A stretch of 64,000 nucleotides of DNA from Verrucomicrobiales bacterium (GCA_035550135.1 DASZQB010000131.1:66411-130410), one strand, 5' to 3'. Numbered from the stretch's first letter, positions 32,101 through 39,941 are shown. Made by a program: numbers and translations. The notes: generated by a model not told the origin, from the letters alone.

Positions 32101-32223
32101 GAAATGCCGCGCGAGCAGGGTGCGTCCGAAGCCCCCCCGTCCCAGTTCGTTTACCGAACCGTCGGGCCTTACCAGCACTTCAAAATTGCCGAAGCGCAGA
32201 CCGGTGGTGTCATCCTGAAACAT
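26200..32223 (-). CDS. Giant single-pass membrane Ser/Thr protein kinase (kinase, kinase-like domain, long helical region, ER/K repeat helix, TM, extracytoplasmic domain)
   Basis: Hanks kinase landmarks at the N-terminus: GRGGFGRT, VALK, HLDIKPSNLM, DFGL, ASPEQ (about nt 31370-32190). A second kinase-like stretch without catalytic residues spans aa ~300-440. About 480 aa are almost pure E/A/R/K (nt 27715-29150). The TM helix is PVLAIAAAVAVIGGGVAWWMA (nt 27587-27650). The C-terminal ~460 aa have no recognised motif. Confidence 0.9.
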   Translation of the reverse strand: MFQDDTTGLRFGNFEVLVRPDGSVNELGRGGFGRTLLARHFVLDTEVALKLIDERHAMDEAARNRFLKEAREQARLSHPGIARITDCGQVEGQLYYAVELCPGGNIKEFVIKTGPLSVSDTFHLLLQAAEALEYSHRRGVVHLDIKPSNLMLVFDEDDKPQVKLIDFGLVQRTATENGPPGMEGRPLFSAAFASPEQIRSQPTDGRSDIFSLGMTGWFLLMGRNPLEGAADVVIQERLSGGDYEPQLPKQLTAKPRAVLARMIKRNPGERYANGMDLLNDLRACLQGMPPLSGGWQKRQRSGGALADRFMLEKGVQSRHGTVHQAIDREKRLKVKVTLLRSGNLAAAIAQYKKAATAMRDMEGSGLLRVLDISEFNEGWAVVEEAAPGVSLTDILRREGAKPLGRYAPLVWQISTAMDTAFAAGLANLLLEDTLVEMPPEDANRPIDWSVVNLKIPLSPAVQSGAATPDADATATGGDFTRTTTTSVAGVQLLARWVYFIVGGKNPPPSSLYSMKEYIALPGLGDAANQILARHLCGQSSPPKCEDLVRQLFVSDGISWESVGERIRQTRWGGIIQQSGILMDDIEQAAADAEKIANACRPFAEIVPDAVKECYACVSRVYDASTAAREKQALISQGGGKSLAAGKAAVAALDEISQTATLALAKAEAAMKEAKATAEKLQRETQQRERRRRELTESLADAWRRTEAAAKEAKELAEECRRVAPSAGAARQMDSFAAQTGALVSQLEALHREAAEVPEAELSRLESQIPQARQVAADAGEMARACHSLLERAKIDARRREEEAKLRAAVEAEISGFIQQAEQTAADAPAIRAEIDALAEECPALHEIAQRAAADASRAAGIVEELHSLRTLGTIDAAGVNQARQRSATSLDDLRSVMGSLHSAIRQVRPIADEHRRVMERFRAASAEIVTLTNAADEAIASLPDPAALTATPDSPGAAWLRRCGDSVGSAVQSRDSLTALAASLDPQRAADAGRIIEEARRFAGLCRSQASEAARHWQEADFAIKETARLEREAEEQRLREEEEARRRMEEEMERRRLEEIERQRQVAEAKRLAEEAEQRRVAEEEARRKAEEEARRIAEEEARRQAEEAERRRIEEEAARRKAEEEARIRAEAEAKRLAEEAERRRIEEEAARLKAEEEARIRAEAEAKRLAEEAEQRRMEEEAARLRAEEEARLFAEAEAKRLAEEAERRRIEEEEAKREAEEEAKRQAEEAKRRAEEEERRRIEEEAARLKAEEEARIFAEAEAKRLAEEAERLRIAEEARRKAEEEARRQAEEETERRQLEEEAARLKAAREARLRAEAEAKRLAEEAEQRRIEEENARRIAKEEAEKRRLEEEARRLAREEAERVRAAEEATRLAEEAERKRIQEEEARARAAEEARIKAEQEAERQREEEARRKAAEEEKRRLAEEAAKRKAEEEARRKAEAEEKRRLKEEADKRKTEEEARRKEEAEAKRNADAEAKRRSQEEAAQRKAEAEEKRLKAVPAVTPAETQETPKKKGSKSPVLAIAAAVAVIGGGVAWWMAKKKDGDPKPDQPPGAESHVTTIKFSGGALPADIQLSGTGDSEVTRDGDEVRITTKSDAPPLKVALSSSKKGIKIVPATLEVGSNSTAPLAVTITRETGTLTLSDAPAATPSFQSRAWLKWAGDAGYASPGTETTRFVDTRTQSNLTVPAGPWLVSFDDDEPAPGKAGKAGSIVDAKDGGTLAIEAGKRAALRLPPGWSPVLYSLLDWKSRVAEDEEQTVMKALVDYIAGQRFPAPEGKVKEVFAGLAKAASRPVLSYPVYLTRRDGRFYLLRPQRNPYRRLVLNDPIESLALLAVIINTVSEIKLDLDAMNPMTGGAGAGGRIPLNRFSDCLLVTREALQKSGIPAALEPVPRLNTSLNILKMAQGDNWSVPEDDAKGYAFVWKDSDEPCTNVHVHSDGTVTLQFRMNEKSTRELTIGQNADGSLKAQMKEGAGDDEKDTFTGTLTPQTALPGPLQAVLKK
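27715..29150 (-). repeat. Coding E/A/R/K low-complexity region with 99-bp (33-codon) tandem periodicity
   Basis: Near-identical consecutive 99-bp units lie at 28593-28691, 28692-28790 and 28791-28889 (protein unit EAEAKRLAEEAExRRIEEEAARLKAEEEARIRA). More diverged copies lie at ~28221-28322 and 28395-28496. Degenerate periodicity extends across the whole interval. Confidence 0.9.
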
Positions 32224-32297
32224 GCTGCGGAATCAGACGGAGCATAGCACGCCTTTTCCCTGTCTGCTTCGGCTCAGTGCTTCCTGACAAACCAGTT

Positions 32298-35200
32298 TCA
32301 CGGGACGACGGAGATTCTAAGGCGTGTGAAGAGCACCGGGCCCGGAGCCAGAGCGGTAAATGTCACCGGATCCGTGCCCGCTGTAGTCATGGGTGTCCAC
32401 AGGACAAGGTCGTCCGAACTCTCCGCGGTGAGCAGCACGTGCGCATCGCAAAGGCTGTCGAAACCGCGGTCAACCGTCAGGGTGGCGGTGTCGGCGGCGA
32501 CAACCGGAAGCGGCAGAGGAGTGAACGCTGCGGGATTGGTGCCCATGAAATACTCCAACAGGTTCGTGAGACCGTCGCCATCGGTGTCATCGGTAGCGGT
32601 TTGAGCCGCGGCGGCGGGAAAGCGATCAACGTAAGCGTTATAACCGGAGAGCGTGCCGGAATTGGAGAAGCCCGGCGTGCGGTGATCGCTGATGCCCCCG
32701 TAGGTGGCCGGGTTCCGGAGCTGGCTGGCCAGCGTGGCATCCGGACTGCGGGCGATCACGCAATTCCCCGCCGATTCTGTGACCGCATCAAAGCCCGGCG
32801 TGAGCATGTCCTGAAGGGAGGTATTGGCGGCACCGAAGACGAGGGCGTCGATGACGTTGTTGCAGGTCGCCGGGGAACCCGCGGTGAATTCCGCCGCCGT
32901 TCCGCGGTACACAGCCACTGCACCCGATGGCGGCAGCCAGTCATTGGCACCCGTATTGAGGCGGCCGGGTCCGCTCGCTGAATCATTCCAGAGCACAAAA
33001 AAATCGTTGGCCGGCCGGAACGAACCGCCCAACTCGAAGGCGGAAACGACAGTGCCTGCCGGACCATATACGACGAAGACAAAACCGGTTAGCGATTTGC
33101 CGCCGCCGCCGGGAGCGGTGAGTTCCACAAAGTCACTGTTATCCGGTGCAATCTGCGCGGTGTCCGCTTCATTAATAAAGGGACCCAATTCGATAAGTCC
33201 GCCATCATCCACCACAGTTAATACGCGAGAGCTGTTGCGCGAGTCGCCCGCGGGACCGCTGAGATACGTAAAACGCACCTGGCGGCTGGCAACCGGCGCG
33301 TCATTCAATGCATCGATGGGGAGTGAGGCGGCCCCCGCGATGAGAGAGCCGGAAGAGCCCGGCGGACGGATCTGTGCGGCGAGGGGATCAGCGCCGACGG
33401 GTTCACTTCGGACCAGGTAAGCGGAACTGCCCACGCCGCCGGAGATGTTCAGCACAGAGGCGCCCGCGCCCGCACTTTCCACGATGCTGGTGCATTTGAA
33501 GGACAGTAGAGACGCATCGCTGTCGCGGATGACAATACTCTGCGAGCTGTTTTGATATGCGGAGGAAAAGGCCGCCACGGTGAATGTGTTGTCACCGTTG
33601 CCTGCGGTGGCGTCGGTGGTGTGGAGAAAGAGATCCACCGTGTCCTGAGTTGCCGCCATGGTGATGGAGTCGCCAACATCCGGCAGCAGTCCCGCGGCGT
33701 CCGTGGTCAGTATGGGAGGTGAGGAAGCCGGGTTGCTGTGGGAGCGGACAAGGCGGACGCAGAGGTCAGAGACATCCGGAGGGAGGCCGTTAGTGGGCCG
33801 AACGATGGTCAGTTTCGCGGCGCCCTTGCCCCACAGTTCCGGCACGCTCGCGGCATTGGCCGTGTTGCTGAAAGTATCTGTAAATGTCAGGCCGATTGAA
33901 GCCGGGACGGGGACGAAGGCAGTGGTGCCGTCTCCCTTCGCGCCCGGCGTGCTGTAAGGCCGGGCGGCATCCAAACGATAACCGGAACTGCCCGGAGCGA
34001 TCGTCCCGAAGAAGAATGGCGCGTCGTAGGTTCCCGGCCCCTCCGCAGGCACCTTCAGCCACTGGTTCCCATAACGGGCGTCGATGGAACCGCTTCCGTC
34101 CACCTTGCGGGAATTGCTGCCGCCCTCGACGGCGCCGAACGTGTGCCCGGCTACTTCAAATCCGGCACCATTGAGCAGGCGCACCGCACTGCCATTGCGG
34201 ATATTCAGCCCGCCGGCTGCTTTGCGAATGATGGCATTGGAGAAAGCCGCCGTAATGCCCTCCGTGACAGTTCCTCCTCCGAAAACGACCAGCGCCTGGC
34301 CGGGGAGCAGAATGGAGCAGGCGGGAAATGTTTGCACGGTGGTTTCGTCCACCGCCAGCCGGAACGCAGAGAGGTCGAGATCGGCGGTGCCTGCGTTGAC
34401 GAGTTCAATGAAGCGATCGCTGTCGTCCTCGACCCCGTCTCCATTGGCATCCACGCCGGGTTTCGTATTGATCCCAACGGGGATATAGCCATTCACTTCA
34501 TTCACCACAACGGTGAGCGGCGAAGAGGCGTCATTGTCGGTCACGGTCAGCCAGCATCCGTGACCGGCGACCTGGACGCCATCCGGGGGCTCGGCCACAA
34601 AAAACGCCCGCTGGGTGCCATCCTGCCAACCATCATCCTGCGGCACCGTCAAAAAATCGGCGCTTTGGCTGCTGCCTGCGGGAATGCTGATGATCATGCG
34701 TGATACCTCTGTGCCTGGCACGAAAACCGGCCCTGGAGCGAGAACGGCCTCGGAAAAGTCCGTGGTATGGAGGGTCACTTCGATTCCACCCGGAGGGGCC
34801 AAAACAGGAGCTCCCTTGGAGTCGAGCAGTTTCACATGCGACACGATGGGCGCACTGCCCTCTGCGGCTTCAAGGTCCGCATCCACGATCTCCAGAAAGA
34901 GTTTACCGCCGGAGGGAAAAGCAGTGAAGTTGTCCCGCCCTGGCGAGGGTTCCTGCGCGGTCCACACGGCTCCATCTTTCGACAGCGATTCGGTCAGGCG
35001 ATTGCCATTGGCGTTCTCATTGAACTGCGCGGACACGCCGAGCGCTGTTTTGAGGTCCACGTCCTCGGCGACGGTGAAACTGGCGTAGAGCAGCGCATCC
35101 ACCCGCGTTTCCCCCGGCGCGGCATTGACGGTGGTGACACTTTTGGGCACCGGCGGCGCGCCGGCGGTAATGAAATTGCCGGGAACGTAAGCATTGGACG

Positions 35201-35645
35201 CATTGTGATACAGCACCACGGCGTCCGGTCCGGGCTGAATGGTGTCGTCGTCCGGCGGCAGGTTGGAAATGGAAGAGGCCTGCGTGGTGGCCAGCACAAG
35301 ATCGACCTTTGGCACTCCGGGGTTGCCCACCACAAAATAACCGGAAGCGCCAATGGCGAATCCATCGAGCGGGATCACACGGTAGAGAAGGTCACTGGCG
35401 CCGTTGAAGAAGGCGAGAGTATAGCCGTTCAGGGATTCACCCGGAACTCCCTTCAACTCAATGAATTGAAAGCCCTCGGTGGCGGGCGCACACTGAATGG
35501 TGGATGAATCGACTTCGTTAAGGCTCACAACCGCGCGGAGCTGGCTGCCCAACATCAGCGCGACGAGAGAGGCGCTCAGTTTTCCGGTGAGGGCGAAGCG
35601 GCTTTGCGAAGCCCGGAGGTACGGGAAATGGAGCCTTTTCATCAT
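32298..35645 (-). CDS. Secreted protein with three lamin-tail-domain (LTD)-like modules and a C-terminal TSP3-like Ca-binding motif plus a beta-rich tail
   Basis: N-terminal signal-like segment ...LSASLVALMLGSQLRA. LTD (PF00932)-type patterns: SLNEVDSS...FQFIELKG (N-terminus), VVVNEVNGY...DRFIELVNAGTADLDLSAFRL (~34290-34520), FINEADTAQIAPDNSDFVELTAPGG (~33000-33190). The C-terminus carries DDTDGDGLTNLLEYFMGTNP. Confidence 0.8.
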   Translation of the reverse strand: MMKRLHFPYLRASQSRFALTGKLSASLVALMLGSQLRAVVSLNEVDSSTIQCAPATEGFQFIELKGVPGESLNGYTLAFFNGASDLLYRVIPLDGFAIGASGYFVVGNPGVPKVDLVLATTQASSISNLPPDDDTIQPGPDAVVLYHNASNAYVPGNFITAGAPPVPKSVTTVNAAPGETRVDALLYASFTVAEDVDLKTALGVSAQFNENANGNRLTESLSKDGAVWTAQEPSPGRDNFTAFPSGGKLFLEIVDADLEAAEGSAPIVSHVKLLDSKGAPVLAPPGGIEVTLHTTDFSEAVLAPGPVFVPGTEVSRMIISIPAGSSQSADFLTVPQDDGWQDGTQRAFFVAEPPDGVQVAGHGCWLTVTDNDASSPLTVVVNEVNGYIPVGINTKPGVDANGDGVEDDSDRFIELVNAGTADLDLSAFRLAVDETTVQTFPACSILLPGQALVVFGGGTVTEGITAAFSNAIIRKAAGGLNIRNGSAVRLLNGAGFEVAGHTFGAVEGGSNSRKVDGSGSIDARYGNQWLKVPAEGPGTYDAPFFFGTIAPGSSGYRLDAARPYSTPGAKGDGTTAFVPVPASIGLTFTDTFSNTANAASVPELWGKGAAKLTIVRPTNGLPPDVSDLCVRLVRSHSNPASSPPILTTDAAGLLPDVGDSITMAATQDTVDLFLHTTDATAGNGDNTFTVAAFSSAYQNSSQSIVIRDSDASLLSFKCTSIVESAGAGASVLNISGGVGSSAYLVRSEPVGADPLAAQIRPPGSSGSLIAGAASLPIDALNDAPVASRQVRFTYLSGPAGDSRNSSRVLTVVDDGGLIELGPFINEADTAQIAPDNSDFVELTAPGGGGKSLTGFVFVVYGPAGTVVSAFELGGSFRPANDFFVLWNDSASGPGRLNTGANDWLPPSGAVAVYRGTAAEFTAGSPATCNNVIDALVFGAANTSLQDMLTPGFDAVTESAGNCVIARSPDATLASQLRNPATYGGISDHRTPGFSNSGTLSGYNAYVDRFPAAAAQTATDDTDGDGLTNLLEYFMGTNPAAFTPLPLPVVAADTATLTVDRGFDSLCDAHVLLTAESSDDLVLWTPMTTAGTDPVTFTALAPGPVLFTRLRISVVP

Positions 35646-35891
35646 GGAAAAACAGGGACGGAACAGGAGTTTGGAAAGCCCGGTCCCGGTTCGGTGGGAA
35701 TAGTTGTTTCCCGAAGAAGCGTCAACATCAAAACGCCACGGGCACCCTTCAACTTACCTCCGGCGGAAACGGTCCCCGGTGTATTTCCATGCCACGATTC
35801 TCCGCCTGGAACTCCATAACGCGGACGATTTGAGGTTTGACACGACTGCGCAAATTTCATGCAATTCCAATGTTTTTCACTCATTGGACTC

Positions 35892-38800
35892 ATGAAAACG
35901 CTATCACTATTCTCAATCCCGGGTGTCGCCGGATGCCTTTTATTTAGTGCGTTGAAGGCGCAGGCGCAATTTTACACGGCACCGTTTGGACCGGGCGGTT
36001 CGTGGAATCTTTACGAGGTCACGAACACCACCACGACCTGGAAACTGGGTCACCAAAATGCCATCGCGAAGCAGGCCGGGAGCACGGGAGTTTCCGGGGT
36101 GGCGGCGAATGCGACGACCGGGCACCTTGTGGCAATTGGAAGCTGGGCGGAGAACGGGCTGGTTTCGCTGATGGCGATCAACCATACGAATTCGGCGAAT
36201 GTTTGGATTGGCCTCTGCGACAACGATGATGCGGACCTTGGCGGTTCGACGTGGGCGGATGCGGGCACCAGCCAGACGAGCGATCAGTGGTACTGGGCGG
36301 GAACTTCCGGAGGCACGGGTCCGAACGGATGGCAAAAATTGAGCGAAGGCGGGGGGTATCAGGCGTTTTTCACCGGCGAGCCTAACAACTCAAACAACGA
36401 GGATGCGATCGAAATTCGCGCTGACGGAAAATGGAATGATGTGGCGCACAATACGGCGGGGACCGCGCGGCGGTCGGTGATCGAATGGGAGATCGGTTCG
36501 CTGACCCCCATCGCGGGGGCGCAGGTGATCAATCCGTTTTTTGCTGCGCCGTTCGGGCCGGGAGGAACCTACAATCTTTACATGATGGTCGGGGAGTCGG
36601 ACACGTGGATCAATGCCCATACCAAGGCGACCAGTATTTCGGCGCAGGGAACGGGGCTTCCGAGTCTGATAGGACACTTGCAAACGGGTCACCTGCTGCA
36701 GATTTCCTCGCGCGCAGAGAATTCGTTCGGGACACTGATGGCGAACCGGCTGCTGACGAATACCTATCAAATCGGCGCCAATACGGCGACGACGAACGTC
36801 TGGCTGGGTCTGACGGACAGTGACGATCCGGGCCTGAGCACCACGGAGGCGAACACGGACCGCACGGCGGGATGGATCTGGGCGGGGACCACCGGCGGCT
36901 CCGGTCCGAACGATGCGCAAACGCTGGCGCAAACCGTGGAGGCGCCGATGGCCAACGGTTTGCAATACTGGTTCAACGCAGCGACCAATGAGCCTAATAA
37001 TGCGGGCGGAACAAACTGGCCCTTTGGAGAGGATGCAGGGGAACTGCGCGGAGACGGCCACTGGAATGATCTTCCGCACAAGATTGGTCCGGCGGGAACA
37101 GCGGCGGTAACCACGGTGCGGCACTATATAATCGAATGGGATCTGGGCCTCCCGGTGCCGCCGCCGGAGGTGGCAACGCTGCCGGTGTATTACACGGCGC
37201 AGACAGGGGCGGGCGGGACGTGGAATCTGTATTATCTCGACTACACCATGGACACCTGGCAGGTGTTTGGAAACCGCTACGCCGACGCCAACTTCAACAA
37301 GGCAAGTTTCACCGGACTCCCGTCGATGGCGCTGAACAATACGGCGGGGCATTTGGTGGAAATTGCGGATCAATATGAGCACGGTCTGGTGTACCGTCTG
37401 GCGAATTTTCAGGGCATCTGGCTGGGATTGACCGACAATGAGGGTTTTGGCGGTCAGGAGGCGGGCAATGCTGCCAGCAATCCGACGAATCAGGTCCAGC
37501 CGTTCTGGGTATGGAGCGGGACCAACCCGCCGAGCACGGCGACTTATCGCCGGTGGAATGCCGGTGAGCCGAACGACAGCGGGGGGAATGAGGATGCGGG
37601 CGAAATGACGACCACGGGTTTCATGAACGACAACCAGATCAATAACGTCAACGGGGCCATCCGGCGTGCTCTGGTGGAATGGGATATCCAATCTGCTGTT
37701 CCCATCGTTGGCGCCGTGCAGGTGGCACCGATTCTGGATGGAAGCAGGACCCTGACCAATACGCCGGCCGCGGGCACATGGGCGATCAAGCAGATTTACG
37801 ATCCGATCGAGGCGAACCTGTTTACCGCCACGAAATTCTCACTGGACGGGCCCACGAACGGACGGGTATTCGAGGGCACGGCCGCGGTGATGAATCAGAA
37901 CGACACGCTGGTTTCGCCGGCTACGGCAATCAACTACCCAGGCTGGGGTGACACGGGGCTTTTTGGCGGAGACCTTCCCACCGTGGGCGAAACGGCGAAT
38001 ACCGATGACAACCAGTTCACGCGCTACGCGAGAACGAAGGTGAACGTCACAGAGGAGGGAGACTACACGTTCAATATCCACACGGACGACGGGATGGCGT
38101 TCCGCGTGGCCGGTCAGACGTTTATCTCGGTCTTCGGTCTTGGATTCATCGACTTTGTGGACAAGGGCACCGTGTTCGTGCCTTACGGGGGAGCGGACTC
38201 CAACACGCGGGCGGTGGTGCATTTGGCTCCGGGAGTTTATGATGTGGAACTGCTGTGCTGGGATGCGACGGGCGGAAGTTCGGCGGAGGTTTCGTGGGCC
38301 AGGGGCGTCTTTGCGACGGAAGAATCCGGGGCGGGCCAATGGAGTCTGGTGGGAGACCCGGCTTCAGTCTACCCAACGCCGGTGATCCCGCTGAATATGA
38401 CCGGCTCTCCCGCTTATGGGGACGGTCTTTGGGGACTGCATGTGGTGAGAGGCGCAGGGACCATTGCCAGTCTGACGGATGCCGTGAATGCCTTGCAGGC
38501 GGTTGCGGGCACGCATGATTACGGCACCGCGGCGGTCATCAATCATTCGGATCCGGAATATCCGGGCACGGGCGGCATCTTTCCCGGCGAACTGACGCTG
38601 CCGGGGGACACAGGGGCGGCGGATAACGATTTCGCGGTGCATGGACGCGCGAGACTGGCGATAACCACCGCTGGTCTCCAGACTATCTGCATTCGGTGCA
38701 GCGACTCCGCCGCGCTTCGCATCAAAGGTCAAACATGGCAGCAGATGGGTCCGGAGGCGGGGCTCGATCCCGCGGACTCCTCCACTATCTTTATCTACCG

Positions 38801-39941
38801 CAACAATCCGGCTAACAATACCACAACTGGAGAATTCGCGGCGAGGGCGCTGATCAATCTACCGGCGGGAAATCACGAGATCGAGTTTGTCACCTTTGAT
38901 CGCGACAACTCCTTCTTTGTCGAGATCTACTCACGGAGCGGCAATCAAATCAACACGGCTGAATATGCCGCCGGCACGGCAAATAACGGTCTGGCGAATC
39001 CGAGCGGCGACTATCGTCTGATCGGTTATAAAGGGGATGGAACTCTGTCGAGCCTCGGTGTGCTGGCTCCAGGCTGGCTTCGTCAAGGCACTACGCCGAG
39101 CGCCGCACAGCCCGGGGGCTGGCCGGGAACCAACATCGCCAACTTCGAGACATGGATTCTGGCTAACGGCGTGACGCCGGATTCCACCGCACGGGAAACC
39201 GTGAACGATCGTGATCCGCAAAATCCCACGACGGATCTGGGCATTCCCAATGGTCGCGACATCTGGCGTCAAACCACTGCTGATGACAATTTTTATGTGG
39301 AGCAGTTCGACGCCACGCTGGTCGTGCCGGAAGCGGGCACTTATTCCATCGGCTGGCAGGGAGATGACGGCGGCTACATCGAAGTCCGCGGTCTGCCGGC
39401 AGGTGTGGGATTCAGCCGGCTTGAGTCGATGGCGGTGGCGACACCGGCGATCGTTCCTGCGAGCGATGGCACGGTGAACGGGCGGCTGAGATTGGAAGGG
39501 ACCGGCGGAAACACGCGGACCATGGCGAAGATCAGTTTCCCGGACACGCTTAGTTATCCCGCGCAATTCCCTATTCGTTCTCTGCACTTCGAAGGCAGCG
39601 GCGGCTGCTACTGGGAGATTTTCGCGGGTCCCGGCAGCGGCTACGGACGGATGGTGACCCTCCTCCAAAGCGGTTCCGCGAGCGCCACCGTGGCCGATGT
39701 GGACGGCCTGCAACTGGTGGGCCCGGACATCGAGGTGCTGAACGTGAGCCTCCTGCCAGGCCCGGCCTTCTCCTTCACATTCTCGTCGCAGCAGGGAGTG
39801 ACCTACACGATCTCACGGACGCTCGATCTCGTGAATTGGACAAACGTCGGGACTATCGTGGCCACAGGTCCGACCTCGACCTACAACTCGGGCGTCCTTA
39901 CCGCTGCGGACATGCGGTATCTCTACCGGGCCACGAAGTAG
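35892..39941 (+). CDS. Secreted protein with three C-type-lectin-like modules followed by PA14-like modules
   Basis: Signal peptide MKTLSLFSIPGVAGCLLFSALKAQAQ (ATG 35892; the track start is 35859). There are three ~190-aa repeats, each with GHL(V/L)xI...(W/Y)xGL(C/T)D...EPN...E(D)A...W/M-ND. EPN codons are at 36378-36386, 36990-36998 and 37566-37574. WND codons are at 36432-36440 and 37062-37070. Later segments resemble PA14 (EEGDYTFNIHTDDGMAFRVAG; AGTYSIGWQGDDGGYIEVRG). Confidence 0.8.
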   Translation: MKTLSLFSIPGVAGCLLFSALKAQAQFYTAPFGPGGSWNLYEVTNTTTTWKLGHQNAIAKQAGSTGVSGVAANATTGHLVAIGSWAENGLVSLMAINHTNSANVWIGLCDNDDADLGGSTWADAGTSQTSDQWYWAGTSGGTGPNGWQKLSEGGGYQAFFTGEPNNSNNEDAIEIRADGKWNDVAHNTAGTARRSVIEWEIGSLTPIAGAQVINPFFAAPFGPGGTYNLYMMVGESDTWINAHTKATSISAQGTGLPSLIGHLQTGHLLQISSRAENSFGTLMANRLLTNTYQIGANTATTNVWLGLTDSDDPGLSTTEANTDRTAGWIWAGTTGGSGPNDAQTLAQTVEAPMANGLQYWFNAATNEPNNAGGTNWPFGEDAGELRGDGHWNDLPHKIGPAGTAAVTTVRHYIIEWDLGLPVPPPEVATLPVYYTAQTGAGGTWNLYYLDYTMDTWQVFGNRYADANFNKASFTGLPSMALNNTAGHLVEIADQYEHGLVYRLANFQGIWLGLTDNEGFGGQEAGNAASNPTNQVQPFWVWSGTNPPSTATYRRWNAGEPNDSGGNEDAGEMTTTGFMNDNQINNVNGAIRRALVEWDIQSAVPIVGAVQVAPILDGSRTLTNTPAAGTWAIKQIYDPIEANLFTATKFSLDGPTNGRVFEGTAAVMNQNDTLVSPATAINYPGWGDTGLFGGDLPTVGETANTDDNQFTRYARTKVNVTEEGDYTFNIHTDDGMAFRVAGQTFISVFGLGFIDFVDKGTVFVPYGGADSNTRAVVHLAPGVYDVELLCWDATGGSSAEVSWARGVFATEESGAGQWSLVGDPASVYPTPVIPLNMTGSPAYGDGLWGLHVVRGAGTIASLTDAVNALQAVAGTHDYGTAAVINHSDPEYPGTGGIFPGELTLPGDTGAADNDFAVHGRARLAITTAGLQTICIRCSDSAALRIKGQTWQQMGPEAGLDPADSSTIFIYRNNPANNTTTGEFAARALINLPAGNHEIEFVTFDRDNSFFVEIYSRSGNQINTAEYAAGTANNGLANPSGDYRLIGYKGDGTLSSLGVLAPGWLRQGTTPSAAQPGGWPGTNIANFETWILANGVTPDSTARETVNDRDPQNPTTDLGIPNGRDIWRQTTADDNFYVEQFDATLVVPEAGTYSIGWQGDDGGYIEVRGLPAGVGFSRLESMAVATPAIVPASDGTVNGRLRLEGTGGNTRTMAKISFPDTLSYPAQFPIRSLHFEGSGGCYWEIFAGPGSGYGRMVTLLQSGSASATVADVDGLQLVGPDIEVLNVSLLPGPAFSFTFSSQQGVTYTISRTLDLVNWTNVGTIVATGPTSTYNSGVLTAADMRYLYRATK

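Noticed and set aside
36390-37691. 433-aa minus-strand ORF inside the lectin/PA14 gene, and similar long antisense ORFs (7845-9326, 17524-18636, 19406-20572, 21405-22487, 23401-24360, 46572-47876, 48914-50017, 53533-54873, 60849-62483, 62453-63724)
   Set aside because: These are typical shadow ORFs of GC-rich genes. Their products are Arg/Gly/Pro/His-rich, I recognise no family motifs in them, and each is fully nested opposite a gene with strong family signatures.
35892-37700. Diversity-generating retroelement targeting the C-type-lectin modules
   Set aside because: No reverse transcriptase gene is present, and I could not find a template/variable repeat pair with A-specific mismatches in the window. 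The three lectin modules are diverged paralogous repeats.
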